This document shows positions 12,164 to 25,851 of a DNA stretch of 64,000 nucleotides, piece by piece (the first letter of the stretch is position 1; every line of letters starts with the position of its first letter). The DNA lies in contig NC_068998.1 of assembly GCF_001194135.2 (NCBI RefSeq), forward strand, positions 7,232,076 through 7,296,075. Direction: 5' to 3'. Source of the stretch: Octopus bimaculoides (Eukaryota). A program made the translations under genes and the position numbers. A model generated the notes under the pieces. That model was not told the origin of the DNA. It ran no database searches and was given only the letters and a program-made list of their open reading frames with translations.

Positions 12164-12773
12164 AGAACACATGTATGTACACGTGCATGTACGTGTGCGT
12201 AGGTTATCTTTCTGTATTCATTATCACGTATTCGACTCCATCGAAGGCGTCTCGTCATATTGTTGAACAGAACACGTGATTATATGAGCCACACATAAAA
12301 TAACAGTTATGAATAGGTGTTTGCAAAGCGTCTATAATTAATTGGATGAACGGAATCTTGTAGAAGCCGAACATTTACTTAAGGCTAGAATATCAGAGAT
12401 AAGGTCCTTCAATTCAGAGACAAGGTTCTTCATTTCAGAGATCAGTAGCTCAGAGCCAGCTATAGTCGCATGCTGTATATTCTATAATCTCAGATTAATA
12501 AGCTTATTGAAAAGAGTAGGAAGTATTACATTAGCAGCCAGTTTCTCGGGGCTTTACATATCTCCTATAAACGTTTCTTCGTACCTTTGTTAAAGAAACT
12601 ATATGCTATAAACCTCGTTTTATGTGTAGTAAATATGCACCCGAGTAATACTTACAAAAGAGAAACAATTTTTTCGGTGGATGACTTCGTCATCATTAGC
12701 TCTATAGTTCATTGCAATTTATAGAATGATTGTTAACCTAAAAAAAAATAATGAAAACCGAGAAATACTAATA

Positions 12774-12926
12774 TTGGGTTGGTGCATAATTATTGCGGCT
12801 TTTTTTTCAACAAATTTTATTCAACAAAAACAATAACATGTCACTAAAACATCTTTAAATGACTATTCCGGAGCATATTCACCATCTACTTCAATTACTG
12901 CTACTCATTTGCTTGGCAGACGGTCA
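12774..12926 (-). mobile_element. Mariner right end (TIR plus transposase C-terminus)
   Basis: TA-TTGGGTTGGTGCATAATTATTGCGG is a classic mariner/MADE-like TIR. Minus strand reads DRLPSK*VAVIEVDGEYAPE*. Confidence 0.8.
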
Positions 12927-13134
12927 GACCGTCAATTATATAAATACACACGTCTGCACTGAGAAATGTCGCTTGATCAAAATAGCTGACTTCTGAACTT
13001 AGAGAGCATGTGTTTCACTGGAAACGGTTACGGTTTGCTGCCCGACCCACAAGACGAGACAAAAAACGTCTGCCGAATTACTGTCACGCCAACTTTGCAA
13101 ATATTGGATTGCACAACCTTAAAAACCTCGCGCT

Positions 13135-13163
13135 ACAACAACAACAACAACAACAACAACAAT

Positions 13164-13222
<59 letters not shown>

Positions 13223-13290
13223 TAATAGATTAATAATAATAATAAAAGCAATAATAATAATAATAATGATAATAATAATAATAATCATAA
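13135..13290. repeat. (AAC)n/(AAT)n microsatellite
   Basis: Directly visible. Confidence 0.95.
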
Positions 13291-14080
13291 TCAACAGAAA
13301 GAAAAAAGAAATTGTCATTTTAGACATTTTATCCGTTTCCTGCAACATTGTGTGTGCTTGTGCGCATGCGTTTGTGTTCGTTTCGGTATGTAAAAAAGGC
13401 AAGAGAAAAAGTTAAATCTAACCATTCTCTTTTTTTAGTGTGTGTTATAGTAAAGTAGAGACTTTTAGACATTAATCCACATACATTTACTACTTTCACA
13501 GTTGTGACATCGCTTCACCTATTTTTGCGTTATTGGCTTTCGTGCACACAAGATTTATTCTTTGCTGTTTCTTTTTTTCTTCTAATTTTTATTTTTTATA
13601 ATATATCAGCTTAGATGACTTGACTTTTTGTCACGGGGAAACTGAAGAAAAAGCAGGTGGTGGTGGTGGGGGGGGGAAATGAAGGGAAGAAAAAGAAAAA
13701 AATTGAGAGAGGAAGAGAAGAAGGAAGAGGGAAAAAGGAGAAGAAGAAGAAATATGCGAAAATGTCAGAAGGCACTAGAACAGTGAAAAACGAAGGACAG
13801 ATCAGCGAAGGAATGCTGACTGAAAATGCCAAAACTACTCTTTGGCTTTTTCTTCTTATTTCTGAAAGATTTCACCTTAATATGACGTTTGAAAACGAAT
13901 GCAATATTACAACTTGTGATTGGATAAAATTTTTAAAAATTGCTTAAATATTCATGTGTCTTATAGCAATTACATTTTAGGCAATTAGAGCAGAGGATCA
14001 ACTCTCTCGGTTATGAGTTCAAATCCGACCGTTGGTACCATTATTTTTTTCTTTTCTTCTGTTCAGTGCTGAGAAAACAA

Positions 14081-14211
14081 GTAATGTGGTAAGAAGCCTG
14101 GTTCTCAACCGCATGGTTCTGGATTCAGTCTCACTGCATGGCACCTTGGGCAAGTGTCTTCTACTATAGCCTCAGGCCGACCAAAGCCTTATGATTGAAA
14201 GAAGCCCGTCG
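14081..14211 (+). mobile_element. SINE family A, 5' half (internally deleted)
   Basis: TGTGGTAAGAAGC...GGCACCTTGGGCAAGTGTCTTCTACTATAGCCTCAGGCCGACCAAAGCC...GAAAGAAGCCCGTCG. Confidence 0.85.
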
Positions 14212-14254
<43 letters not shown>

Positions 14255-15439
14255 GGGAGGAGAGAGAGACAGAGAGAGGCGGAAGGACGAAAGTACCAGC
14301 GAAAACTAGAGTACTACAACTTGTTATTCTGCAATGGAAAAAATCAATTAGATAAGTCCAGGTGCTGTGAGGAATGAGATATGAATTGACTCTACCTCAC
14401 TGCATGTATTAATGCTGTAAGGTGAGACTGTCTATCATCTACACGTTATGTTGCATTGCTGCCCCATATGATATCGGCGCTACTTGTCTTGAAAAGCGAA
14501 AATTTCTAAAAGTACTTTACAAATACTTTGACATATACACAGATGCAAATATATGCGAGCAAGATAAAGAGGAAGATATTAGCAATTGTCCACATAAAAC
14601 GCCTCTAATTTGTTAAGAATAGGTCAAACGTAACTTACTGATAAAGCGCGCCCACATGAGCGAGTAGAAAAACAAGTGTAAAGAGAATGAAAGCAGATAA
14701 CGAAAATCTCTTGTGGCAATTACAGCAAAGTGAAACGGCAGATTTTTCTGTTAGTTCGTGACCAGAAAGATTAGTTGCGTGATTACTTTCCTCAAGGTAA
14801 ATAAGGGGGGAAAAAGATATATATATATATATATATANNNNNNNNNNNNNNNNNNNNNNNNNNNNNNNNNNNNNNNNNNNNNNNNNNNNNNNNNNNNNNN
14901 NNNNNNNNNNNNNNNNNNNNNNNNNNNNNNNNNNNNNNNNNNNNNNNNNNNNNNNNNNNNNNNNNNNNNNNNNNNNNNNNNNNNNNNNNNNNNNNNNNNN
15001 NNNNNNNNNNNNNNNNNNNNNNNNNNNNNNNNNNNNNNNNNNNNNNNNNNNNNNNNNNNNNNNNNNNNNNNNNNNNNNNNNNNNNNNNNNNNNNNNNNNN
15101 NNNNNNNNNNNNNNNNNNNNNNNNNNNNNNNNNNNNNNNNNNNNNNNNNNNNNNNNNNNNNNNNNNNNNNNNNNNNNNNNNNNNNNNNNNNNNNAAAAAA
15201 AAAAAAAAAAAAGAAAAATTTCTTCTCACGAACGGAATTCAATAACCTCTCATCAATCAATCGAAGATTTTTGACTCATATAGTATTAGGTGATTTGGTT
15301 TAGATGTTGATTTCATTTTCAGAACCAAAAACAAAAAAAGAAAAATTGTTAACGTGGATAACATTAAGCTAAGAAGGTTTCAGCGTAGAGACTTGTCGTG
15401 AAGTTTACCGATAAGAAAAGAAGATAGTGCAGCGTTTAT

Positions 15440-15600
15440 GACTTTCTGAACAGCATTTGTTTCTTGACACGTAAAGCCGGCCAGTGAAATAACTGATTCC
15501 AAACGAAATCGGCAGCCCAATATCTAAGCTCAACACCTTGGATAACGTATCATATCATAGATTATTTGGGCTTTCCGTGTATGAAAAAATCGATTTCAAC
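15440..15600 (-). mobile_element. Old LINE RT trace (CR1/L2/Jockey-like)
   Basis: Minus-strand translation YDTLSKVLSLDIGLPISFGISYFTGRLYVSRNKCCSES resembles the RT segment between the DFxKAFD and PQG motifs (LxKLxxxGIxxxxxxWIxSYLTxRxxxVxxN). Confidence 0.4.
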
Positions 15601-16520
15601 CCTTTAAACCTTAAATCGTCACGTTAGTATAGCGTTCGACATAAGTGTTTTTGTTTCTGTAATCTTATCTGTTCTTTGACTAGTTAAGCGGTAACAATGA
15701 TTCCAGCGTGCTTCTCAGGACACCTCGACATGCGAAAAGATGTGATATGATAAAACCAATGTTTAACCGAAAATAGGATTTCTTCTCGACTCGGTCAAAG
15801 CGACATATGTTTGAGATATATTTTAAAAGGCTGACATGTATTACCATCCCAATGTGCATCTTTATTGAATTACTGTGAATGCATTTGAACAGGCTTACAT
15901 GTCTACATTCGCACTTATACATAAACATGTACATGCGGTCTTTCATTAAATCAATCAAATAAGCTGATACACACACGTACACATAAACAGTAAAAGTTCC
16001 CATTGAATATAAGAACAGTCAAACACGACAGCAAAAGTGGATTATATTTTCCAATCTATATTTTAATCTAATTGGTAGAAATATAATTACCTTTATTTAC
16101 AATCCCGCAATCAGTCTTTCTTAGAATTGATTATGGATCCTAGTAGGATATATGTTGCTTTTAGTAAATACTTTTAACCTTCGATATGTAACCTTTATAA
16201 TCAAATCAGAGACCTGGAATCAATGCTTGTAACAAAATGGACTTCAGAAAACTATCAACAAGAAAATTTGTGGTATTAATCGGACGTCAGATTAGATTTA
16301 CCACTCAGAAACAGGCACTGCGCGGTTAGTTTTACAATACTTATATTTCTGATATGTAGAATCTACTATAATAATACTCTTGTGTTTTCTCCGTCACAAC
16401 ATATGAATGAGAAAGGAAGGAGAGATAGATGAATAAGGAAGGGAGGGATGATGGCAAACTGGTAGTGGGAACATTTCAACTTTGAGTAAGTACGTGTGTG
16501 TATGTAAAAGAAGGTATGTG

Positions 16521-16587
<67 letters not shown>

Positions 16588-17039
16588 AATGGAAGTGGGA
16601 TGGTGAACATTCAACGCTGAAAAGAAAAATCAAACAGCGTTTCAACTCTGTGTGAGCGTATGTGGGTATGTGTGTGCATATACAAGGGGAGTATGTGAAT
16701 GTTTGTATGTGAACCAGCGTTCTTTCAGTAACAAGCGATGATCGATGCCACATCTCAAAAGCAACCACTTGATAACATTAACAAATGTATTAATTTGATT
16801 TACCATCCATATATATATATATCAAATACTACACAATTAGTCTTCATTTTTGACGGCACGGGGCCAACTAGTTTTATATATTATGTATTAGTCGGAGCGA
16901 TGCCCTCATCTTGATTGTTGCTTCTAGTATATATCGACTGTGTACGCTTTTTTCTGGTGTCATGTGAGTCACTTTAGAACTCAGAAACTCTTCGTCACTG
17001 CACTGTATTTCAGTGCCTTTATCCACTACGCTATGTCCG

Positions 17040-17190
17040 TAGGCTGTTTTAGATTGAATTTTTAAGGCTTATAAATCTCCATTGATGTCTTATGCCGGCT
17101 CAATACCGATCAGTTTCGTCAACAAAAATTTAGCTCACGAAGTCTGGAACTCCTCCCACGGCTATGACAGAAATAACTGCTTCAAGTTAA
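17040..17190 (+). mobile_element. Possible CR1-like LINE 3' end trace
   Basis: GTCTGGAACTCCTCCCA gives VWNSLP with one indel; that motif is typical of CR1-group ORF2 C-termini. Confidence 0.3.
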
Positions 17191-17837
17191 TAAGCAGCAG
17201 GCCGTAAACTGGGACGATTAAGAATAGAGATAAATAGATAGATAGATAAATATATNNNNNNNNNNNNNNNNNNNNNNNNNNNNNNNNNNNNNNNNNNNNN
17301 NNNNNNNNNNNNNNNNNNNNNNNNNNNNNNNNNNNNNNNNNNNNNNNNNNNNNNNNNNNNNNNNNNNNNNNNNNNNNNNNNNNNNNNNNNNNNNNNNNNN
17401 NNNNNNNNNNNNNNNNNNNNNNNNNNTGGTGATTTCATTATTTTAAGTATTCTTCGTACTTTTCCGTGTCATAAGAAACTTTCGATGGCTTGTAAAGTTA
17501 GTTGACTGTTTTATAAGACTACGTTCATAAATTCCATTGTATTTCTCTTCCATTTCCAACATCAGTGGATTTTAGAACTCAGGAAGACAAATGATGCAAT
17601 GCTCTGTGAATCACTAAATTAAATATTCTAAGAGATTCTCCTGAAAACTAGTTGTGAGAATTAGGAATATAATTTAAATGAAATTTGCATTTTACTTAGA
17701 AACCAACATCAAAACCAGAATAGATTGTTGATATTAAGTAACTCATGCAAATACGGTGTTATTCTTGATTGGTGAAAATTTGAACTGCCTCAACTTAGCG
17801 CTGGCACCGAAATCTTAGTCCACATTCTGCCTTTCTT

Positions 17838-18015
17838 TTACCTTTTACTTTTTACTTGTTTCAGCTATACTTGGGCAACACCTTGAAGAGGTTTTCGTCG
17901 AACGAATCGACACTTGCACTTTTTAAAGCGGGTACTTATTATCTTTGGTCTATGTTACGAGGAGGGTAAACGAACTAAACCGGTTGTTAAGCGGTAGTGC
18001 GGATTAAACACATAC
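17838..18015 (-). mobile_element. Old SINE family A tail
   Basis: TTTTACTTTTTACTTGTTTCAGC...CACCTTGAAG...GTCGAACGAATCGAC...GGTACTTATT. Confidence 0.55.
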
Positions 18016-18049
18016 AGAAAAATACATAAACACCCTCACACACACAGAG

Positions 18050-18224
18050 GAGGAGCCAGTCGATTAGATCTACCCCAATAGGCAACTGGTTCTTAATTTA
18101 TCGACCACGAAAGGATAAAAGGTAAAGTCGACCTCGGCGGAATTTGAACTCAGTACGTAAGTACGGACGAAATTCCGCAAAGCATTTTGCACGGCGTCTT
18201 AACGATTCTGCCAGCTCACCGCCT
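18050..18224 (-). mobile_element. SINE family B
   Basis: AAAGTCGACCTCGGCGGAATTTGAACTCAG...GATTCTGCCAGCTCACCGCCT. Confidence 0.85.
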
Positions 18225-19859
18225 GTGTTTACTTTATTATTAACAGAGCGAAAATTACATGGAACATTATTAAATATGTCTACAGTAAGTAATTTGGATG
18301 TTTTAAAATCAGAAGTGAATCAACAATCGGTACAACAACAACATGGCTTTGACATGACGTTGGCATGTGCTGCAGAAATGTGTGAAGATGCAGATTAAAT
18401 GTAGGATTTCAAATGAATATAGAAATGTCAAGTCACTTGAAAGACAGTCGTTAAGAATGCTGTCAGTTACTTCAAACCGTGATTAATGTCAGTTCAAAAT
18501 TGTAAGGCTCTTTCTTACATTACAGCAAACCTACTCAGTTATATATGGTTTCACTTTTTCGTGACGGAGTAGTGAGATGATGTGTGAGTCGAATATTCGT
18601 GGTCTTGTCTATTTTTTTTGGTTTTTTTTTGTTCTTAATTTTGACACCTAATAAGACCGGAATAACTCGAAACCAACGGTGACACACGAATTGAAAACGT
18701 CTTTGGAATTGCTTGAAAAATGGGCACTTAGTAGAAGAGTATTTTGACCATTGTCGCTTTAAGTTACTTATGCATAACAATAAAGAAAAATATTATATAA
18801 ACAACCACTAGAACTCCTTCATCACATGTGAATCTATTTGCTTTATATATATATATATATATATATNNNNNNNNNNNNNNNNNNNNNNNNNNNNNNNNNN
18901 NNNNNNNNNNNNNNNNNNNNNNNNNNNNNNNNNNNNNNNNNNNNNNNNNNNNNNNNNNNNNNNNATACATATATATATGTATATATATATATGTATATGT
19001 AAGTGTGTGTGTGTATCCATGCATGAATACATAGATATATATGTATGTATTTCTCCATGCGTATATATATACGTATATGTAGATATATATACATACTTAC
19101 ATACCAACAGACAACGAGCAAAGGGAATCTGCTTGCATGTACGCACATTACGTATTTAATACTTACAGCAACAGTTCTAGTTATACACCTCAAATGGCGC
19201 CAGAAACAGCGATAACGAACAGCGAAAACATACAGACTTCTGTATCGAAATATGTACAATGAATTTACGTCTATGGTAAAATGAGAAAGTAAAATCTCCT
19301 AAAAAGAGAAACAAAGAGAGAACGACGGGAAGAGAACTGGCAGGAGAAGAGAGGGAGAAAAAGGGTGGAGAGATAGAGAGTGGATGAGTAGAACAAGGAA
19401 AAGGAGAAAAAATGTTCCCATCGAGGGCATTTTGTATTGAATACCAATCGTAAGCTATAAAACCTTTTCAGCTGTCAATGGTAAGCCACAGAATTCGTAT
19501 AGGCATTGTTGTTTCGGAATATTTATTGAACAAAAATGATTTTCCCGTACGGGACCCCGGTATGAATAGTGGGCCGAAGGAAGCAGAATACGGCTTGGTA
19601 TAAACGTAGAAATACGCACGGGCATACTCACAAATACATACATACATACGTACATACACGCGCACGCACACACACATAGACATCACCCACGCACAAACAC
19701 ACACACAGAAACAGAGACACACACGCGTGTACACACACTCACTCACTCTTTCTCTCTCTCTCTCTCACACACACACGCATATATACACATATTTATGTGT
19801 GTGTATAAGCAAATGTATTATATGTGTGTATGTATGAACATATGTATTAGATATCTGCG

Positions 19860-19935
<76 letters not shown>

Positions 19936-19953
19936 CATTTACGTACACACGCA

Positions 19954-19999
<46 letters not shown>

Positions 20000-20589
20000 T
20001 GTATATATGTGTACACATACACATAGGCACACATACATATACATCTATTTGAATGTGTTGTAATCACTCTTCACAGCCGATATAGTAGCGTTCGGACCGG
20101 GAGACTTCCACCATTATTTGTCTGTGATTCCAGCTTTTATTTTTATTTTTCATTCTTATTTCACTTTATTTTTCTATTATCATCTAGAATGTTCCGAAAA
20201 GATTTTCATTTTACTCCAGAGAATAATATTCTATAGGTTGTGCGTATCTGAGCGTGTAGGCTAAATGCCCAGGTAAATACAACTATGAACTTTTACAGGA
20301 GATTTTGTCAAACAATCTATTCGCTCACACATTCACTTTCTTTACAATCTGTCTTTCTCTTTCGCTGTTTGTCTGTCTGTCCATATGTGTGTTTGTCGGT
20401 CTCTCTCTCTCTCTCTCTCTCTTCCTAGCCTCTATTTCTCTCTCTCTCTCTGTCTTTCTTCCCCTTTACTGCTTCTCCCTCATTGTTTCTTGTTTTTCTT
20501 CTTGTGTAGTGTTGCTACATTTCCTCTGTTTATTCATTTTTTTTTTATAACGTCCAATATTTGAGATGCATTATTTAAAGGACAATACC

Positions 20590-20596
20590 TACCGCT

Positions 20597-20665
<69 letters not shown>

Positions 20666-20678
20666 TGTACTACTACTA

Positions 20679-20726
<48 letters not shown>

Positions 20727-21141
20727 CTTCTGCTGCTACCGGTGCTACTACTACCACTGCCAACAACAACAACGAGTACGTCGACGATAACAACAACAAC
20801 AACAACAGCAACATCAGCGAAAGGGGCGATAATGACAGTGTTTGTCTCCAAGAATCTCACCAAAACAATGATAATGTCGACTGACAATTTCAACAAGAAC
20901 AACGGCAACAACAACTACAACAGCAGAAAATAAACCAACATTAACATTAACAACAACATCAACAATCGCAAAAGTTAACACCGACAATGAAAATGCAGAC
21001 AAGAATACGACCAACCACCACCACCACTACCACCACCACCAAGACCACCACCAAGACCACCACCACCACCACCACCACCACCACCACCACCACCACCACC
21101 GTCGCCGCCGTCGCCGCCGTCGCCGCCGTCGCCGCTGCCGT

Positions 21142-21200
<59 letters not shown>
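20590..21200. repeat. Compound trinucleotide mosaic (TAC, TGC, AAC, CAC, CGC)
   Basis: Directly visible. No frame stays open through the tract. Confidence 0.9.
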
Positions 21201-21201
<1 letters not shown>

Positions 21202-21605
21202 AAGAATAATGTGTCAGATTCGAGAAGAACAATGACTGCAGCGCCACCAGCACCAACCTTTTTTCACTGGTGACAATGCTACTTTCATAGGATTTACATA
21301 ACTCAATATTAGCTTTGCTATTCCATGACTATTTCGTATAATATATATTTTTGCTTGTTTTTTTTCTTTTTTCTTTTCATTTCTTACATATTCACTGCGG
21401 AGTTGCTGCATACAAATGCACAAATGCTCACACCTACATATAGACAACACAGACACACACACAGACACACAGACACACACACACATATATATACACACAT
21501 ACGAACATACAAACATATACATAGATATACATGCAAACAACTATGCGTGTATTGATAAATATATATATATATATATATATGTATTGATAAATAAATATAT
21601 AGATG

Positions 21606-21640
<35 letters not shown>

Positions 21641-21762
21641 ATATATTGATATATANNNNNNNNNNNNNNNNNNNNNNNNNNNNNNNNNNNNNNNNNNNNN
21701 NNNNNNNNNNNNNNNNNNNNNNNNNNNNNNNNNNNNNNNNNNNNNNNNNNNNNNNNNNNNNN

Positions 21763-21815
<53 letters not shown>

Positions 21816-22129
21816 TTGTATGTATGTATGTATGTATGTATATCCCAATAAAGTGATACAAACGTGTATGTGTGTATATGAATAAATATAAGAGCATTGT
21901 AAATGGTATGAAAACATATTGAACTCTGTTTGTTTGTAAGTTGGTCAGAAAAAAAAAAAGATAGGCTACATCTGCACCATTATCAACCTACAACCTGTGA
22001 ACATATGGAAGGAAGGAAAAGAAGAGAAAGTGAGATTGAGATTGATTCACTTCCATCTGTGTCTTGTCTGACAATGTATCAGATTTAAACGAAAATGATT
22101 TTTCTCATTTATGGAGGTGGCGGCAGTAG

Positions 22130-22134
22130 TAATA

Positions 22135-22185
<51 letters not shown>

Positions 22186-22257
22186 CAACTGTAGTAGTAG
22201 TAGTAGTGGCAGCAGCAGCAGTAGTAGTAGTAGTAGTAGTTCGGCGGCAGCAGCAGC

Positions 22258-22309
<52 letters not shown>

Positions 22310-22490
22310 ATTGTAGTTGTGGTAGTAGCAGTAGTAGTAGTACAAGCAGTAGTAGTAGTACAAGCCGTAATAGTAGCATCAGCAGTAGTAGTAATTGTAG
22401 TAGTAGTAGTAGTAGTAGTAGTAATTGTAGTACTGGTAGTAATTGTGGTAATAGTAGTAGTAGTAAGTGTAGTAACAGCAGCAGTAGCAG
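22130..22490. repeat. (GTA)n/(GCA)n trinucleotide mosaic
   Basis: Directly visible. Confidence 0.9.
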
Positions 22491-23794
22491 AGCTGTGGAG
22501 GTAGTGATCGTGGTTGTAGGATATGAATTTTTGGACTCAACGAATATTCTAAACTGGAAAAATCTGCTGTCCAAGACCCGCAAGGCATTTTGTTCGATCC
22601 GCTGGAAAAAATCCTGGCAGACAGGGTAAAATGCCTTCTGGTATTTAATGTCACATCCCTGAATATCATTAACCTGTGAGTTCAATTTTTTTTGAAATCG
22701 ATATGCAATATAAATGAGCACAAACCAAACACTAGTGATACTTAAATAATTATACCCTTCAAATATCAGAAGAAAAAGGTCCGTTAAGGGATTGGTAAAG
22801 GAAACGGAGAAGGGGAGCATCCAACAGAGTTCTAGTGTGGTGATCAGTGAAGGTCAGTTAATCTGTCAGATGGTGTGTATGTATGTATGTATGTATGTAT
22901 GTATGTATATAAGTATGTATGGTCGTTGTTCAGTTTTATTTCAAGATTTCTTGCCAATAGAGAAAGAACCGGTTTCTAACCTGAATCCAACGACGGCCAT
23001 CGTTAGCGATCAGATAAGACCAAGTTGTCAACATCTACTTAGATTTGGTTAACGTATAGTCATGAGCAGACATTCTCATACTTTACGCCGCGGGGCACGA
23101 AGGATCTGAAGATGGCAGGGTGATTGGAATGCAGCTGTACATGGTTGGTATATCATTTTTCTATCTAGAAAGGATGGAAGTCAAGGTGACCTAAGCGGAT
23201 CTGAAATTCAGAGAATAGAGACAGAAGAACGAATGTTACAGCGCCTATTAACCAACAAACTGATATTTTTGCCAATTTACCGCCTTCTATAAACATACAT
23301 TCACACATATACATATACATATATATATATATATATATATTAATCGAAGTGTACAGTAGTATATCTATATATAAATATATACACACACACATACACAGAC
23401 ATATATTTATAAGAATGCATACGTACATGGACTCATAAGTTATACATGAATCATTCGTATATTTCATTTTACAGTTGGTGTATAAAGAGAATGATATCCC
23501 CCTGGAAACAAAACAAACGAAAAAACAAAGATTTTTTTAATAAGAATAAGAAAACACGAAGTAAAAATGAAGTCCCTTTACGGAACAAAATAATATTCTT
23601 GCTGAATTATTTATGATATATAAGAATTACATTTCTGTCCCCAAACCGCCGTCACCACCACCACCACCACAACCGCTGCCATCACCACCACAACCACCAC
23701 CATCACCACCATAACCGCCACCATCACCAGCAGCAATTTTTCAACACAACCAGCACCACCTACCATCACATAGTATTCATTAGATGTAACGTTG

Positions 23795-23856
<62 letters not shown>

Positions 23857-25358
23857 GGCACACCACACATATACATGCATATATATAAATATATACATGC
23901 ATATACGTATATATATATATATATACATACATACACACACATATATATATATGTGTGTATATACGCATACACGCTCACAGACACAGACAAACACAAATAC
24001 ACACAGATAACATAAACACACACACACACACACACTCACACACACACACACAAATGCATAGTTTCCATGTGCTTATGTACGCATGTTTATATGCATGTGT
24101 ATGCCTATATATAAATATAAAAATATACATATAAAACTGTGTGCGTGTGTGTCTCAACTGCAACTCGAAAAAAATCAATGTCTTGCTAAATATTTCGTTT
24201 TAAGACAAAAAATTTAGCTATAATTTAGATAAATAAATACCCTCATATACACATACATGCATACACACACAAGCTCACAATTGTGCTCACAGATTTCCAC
24301 AAACACATAAAACACCTGGGAAGTTGTTAAATAATGCGATAATATCTTATCTATATACACAATTCATTCTCTTTTCCCGCTTGTTTTTACGCTCTCAGAG
24401 TTATTTATTTATTTTCCATATTATTGCTTTGTGAAAATTAACTACGAACAAGATATCTTTCTACACTTTCTTACTTAATAAAATCCAATCATAAAAATCC
24501 AATCTTTTAAACGAAAGAACTGATTTTAATGTTTTCGGAAGCGACTAAATAAGAAATTAATATTTTATCATCTAGGATGGAAAAAAACAAAAACGAAGAG
24601 AGATAAATTAAAAAAAGTAAATAAATCTGTATTTGTATGTCTAAAATATTTAATATTAAGTTTAAAACTATAATATATAAATACGTGTCAGTGTTATTTA
24701 TTAAAATCTTTCTGCGTGTGCACAAATACGATATACATATATTACATATATTATATACATATATATATATAAACATATATTGATATACATATATATTATT
24801 AAGATACACACACACACACGAGCACGCGCTTTTTTTCATATGTATACACTGATATATTTGTATGTATGATTGTGTGTGTATATATATATGTATACATACC
24901 TGTGAATAATATANNNNNNNNNNTTTGTATGTATGTATGTATGTATACTCTTTCATTTCTTAGCTTTCAAGATTATATCCTACTGTAGGCATTTTTCTTT
25001 GTCTTATAGCAGCGTTCTTAAACCTTCTCAAAGTTTTCTTTCGCTTGTTATTCAAATATTGATGTTTTTCATTAAGTAGAAAACCGTTAATATTTAAACG
25101 GAATGGAGATTTCCAGGTTCAGTTATTATGCAGTATTTATTTACAGTCCTTTCTACGTATATTCTTTTCAAATTCCATTTGAGTCTTACTTGGGTTGTAA
25201 TCTTGTCTGCGATTAACGTAAGAGAAAAACAAAAATAAATCTAGCCAAGCACTAGAGTTCCACGACTCATCTGCACTCCTTTAGATTTCGTGTATGCTCT
25301 TTAGATAGAATTGATGGCTTAGCAATGAAAAACAAACGGCATTATTGTTTTGCATAGT

Positions 25359-25575
25359 AAGGCGGTAAGCTGGCAGAAGCGCTAGTAAGCCGGGCAAAGA
25401 CGTAACGGTATTTGGTTCGTCATTACGTTCTGAGTTCAAATTCTGCCGAGGTTGACCTTGCCTTTCATCTTTTCTGGGTCAATAACATAAGTACTAATTC
25501 TGCACTTGGGTCGATCTAATCGACTTACTCACCTCGCCGAAATTGTTGTTCGCCTTGTGCCAAAATTTGGAACCA
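25359..25575 (+). mobile_element. SINE family B (older copy)
   Basis: AAGGCGGTAAGCTGGCAGAAGC...TTACGTTCTGAGTTCAAATTCTGCCGAGGTTGACC...GCCTTGTGCCAAAATTTGG. Confidence 0.85.
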
Positions 25576-25686
25576 TATTTATTTCGCACGGTCTGTTAGG
25601 TATAGTCGCCAAACCTTCCTCATATCAGAACTCTGCAGCTTAAATATAATATATTTTAGGGTATTTTACCGTGTATATATATATAT

Positions 25687-25851
25687 ACGACGGGCTTCTT
25701 TCAGTTTCCGTCTACCAAACCCAGTCACAAGGCTTTGGTCGACCCGAGGCTATAGTAGAAGACACTTGCCCAATGTGCAACGCAGTGGGACTGAACCCGG
25801 AACCATGTGATTGGGAAGCAAGCTTCTTACAATACAGCCACTCCTGCGCCT
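25687..25851 (-). mobile_element. SINE family A, 5' half
   Basis: ACGACGGGCTTCTTTCAGTTTCCGTCTACC...CAGCCACTCCTGCGCCT. Confidence 0.9.

Noticed and set aside
13609-13947. Acceptor-like site and Lys/Glu-rich ORF (MVVVGGGNEGKKKK...)
   Set aside because: Composition is explained by a purine-rich low-complexity tract; no recognisable domain.
16850-16875. CACGGGGCCAACTAGT as a Helitron 3' end
   Set aside because: No clear hairpin or 5' TC end identified.
18670-18730. TRIENVFGI resembling the PIF/Harbinger ENAFG motif
   Set aside because: Only 9 aa, flanked by stops, with no other motif.
20590-22490. Trinucleotide mosaics as poly-Q/S/H coding exons, or as a large inverted repeat
   Set aside because: Stops interrupt every frame, and the two tracts share motif type but not block order.
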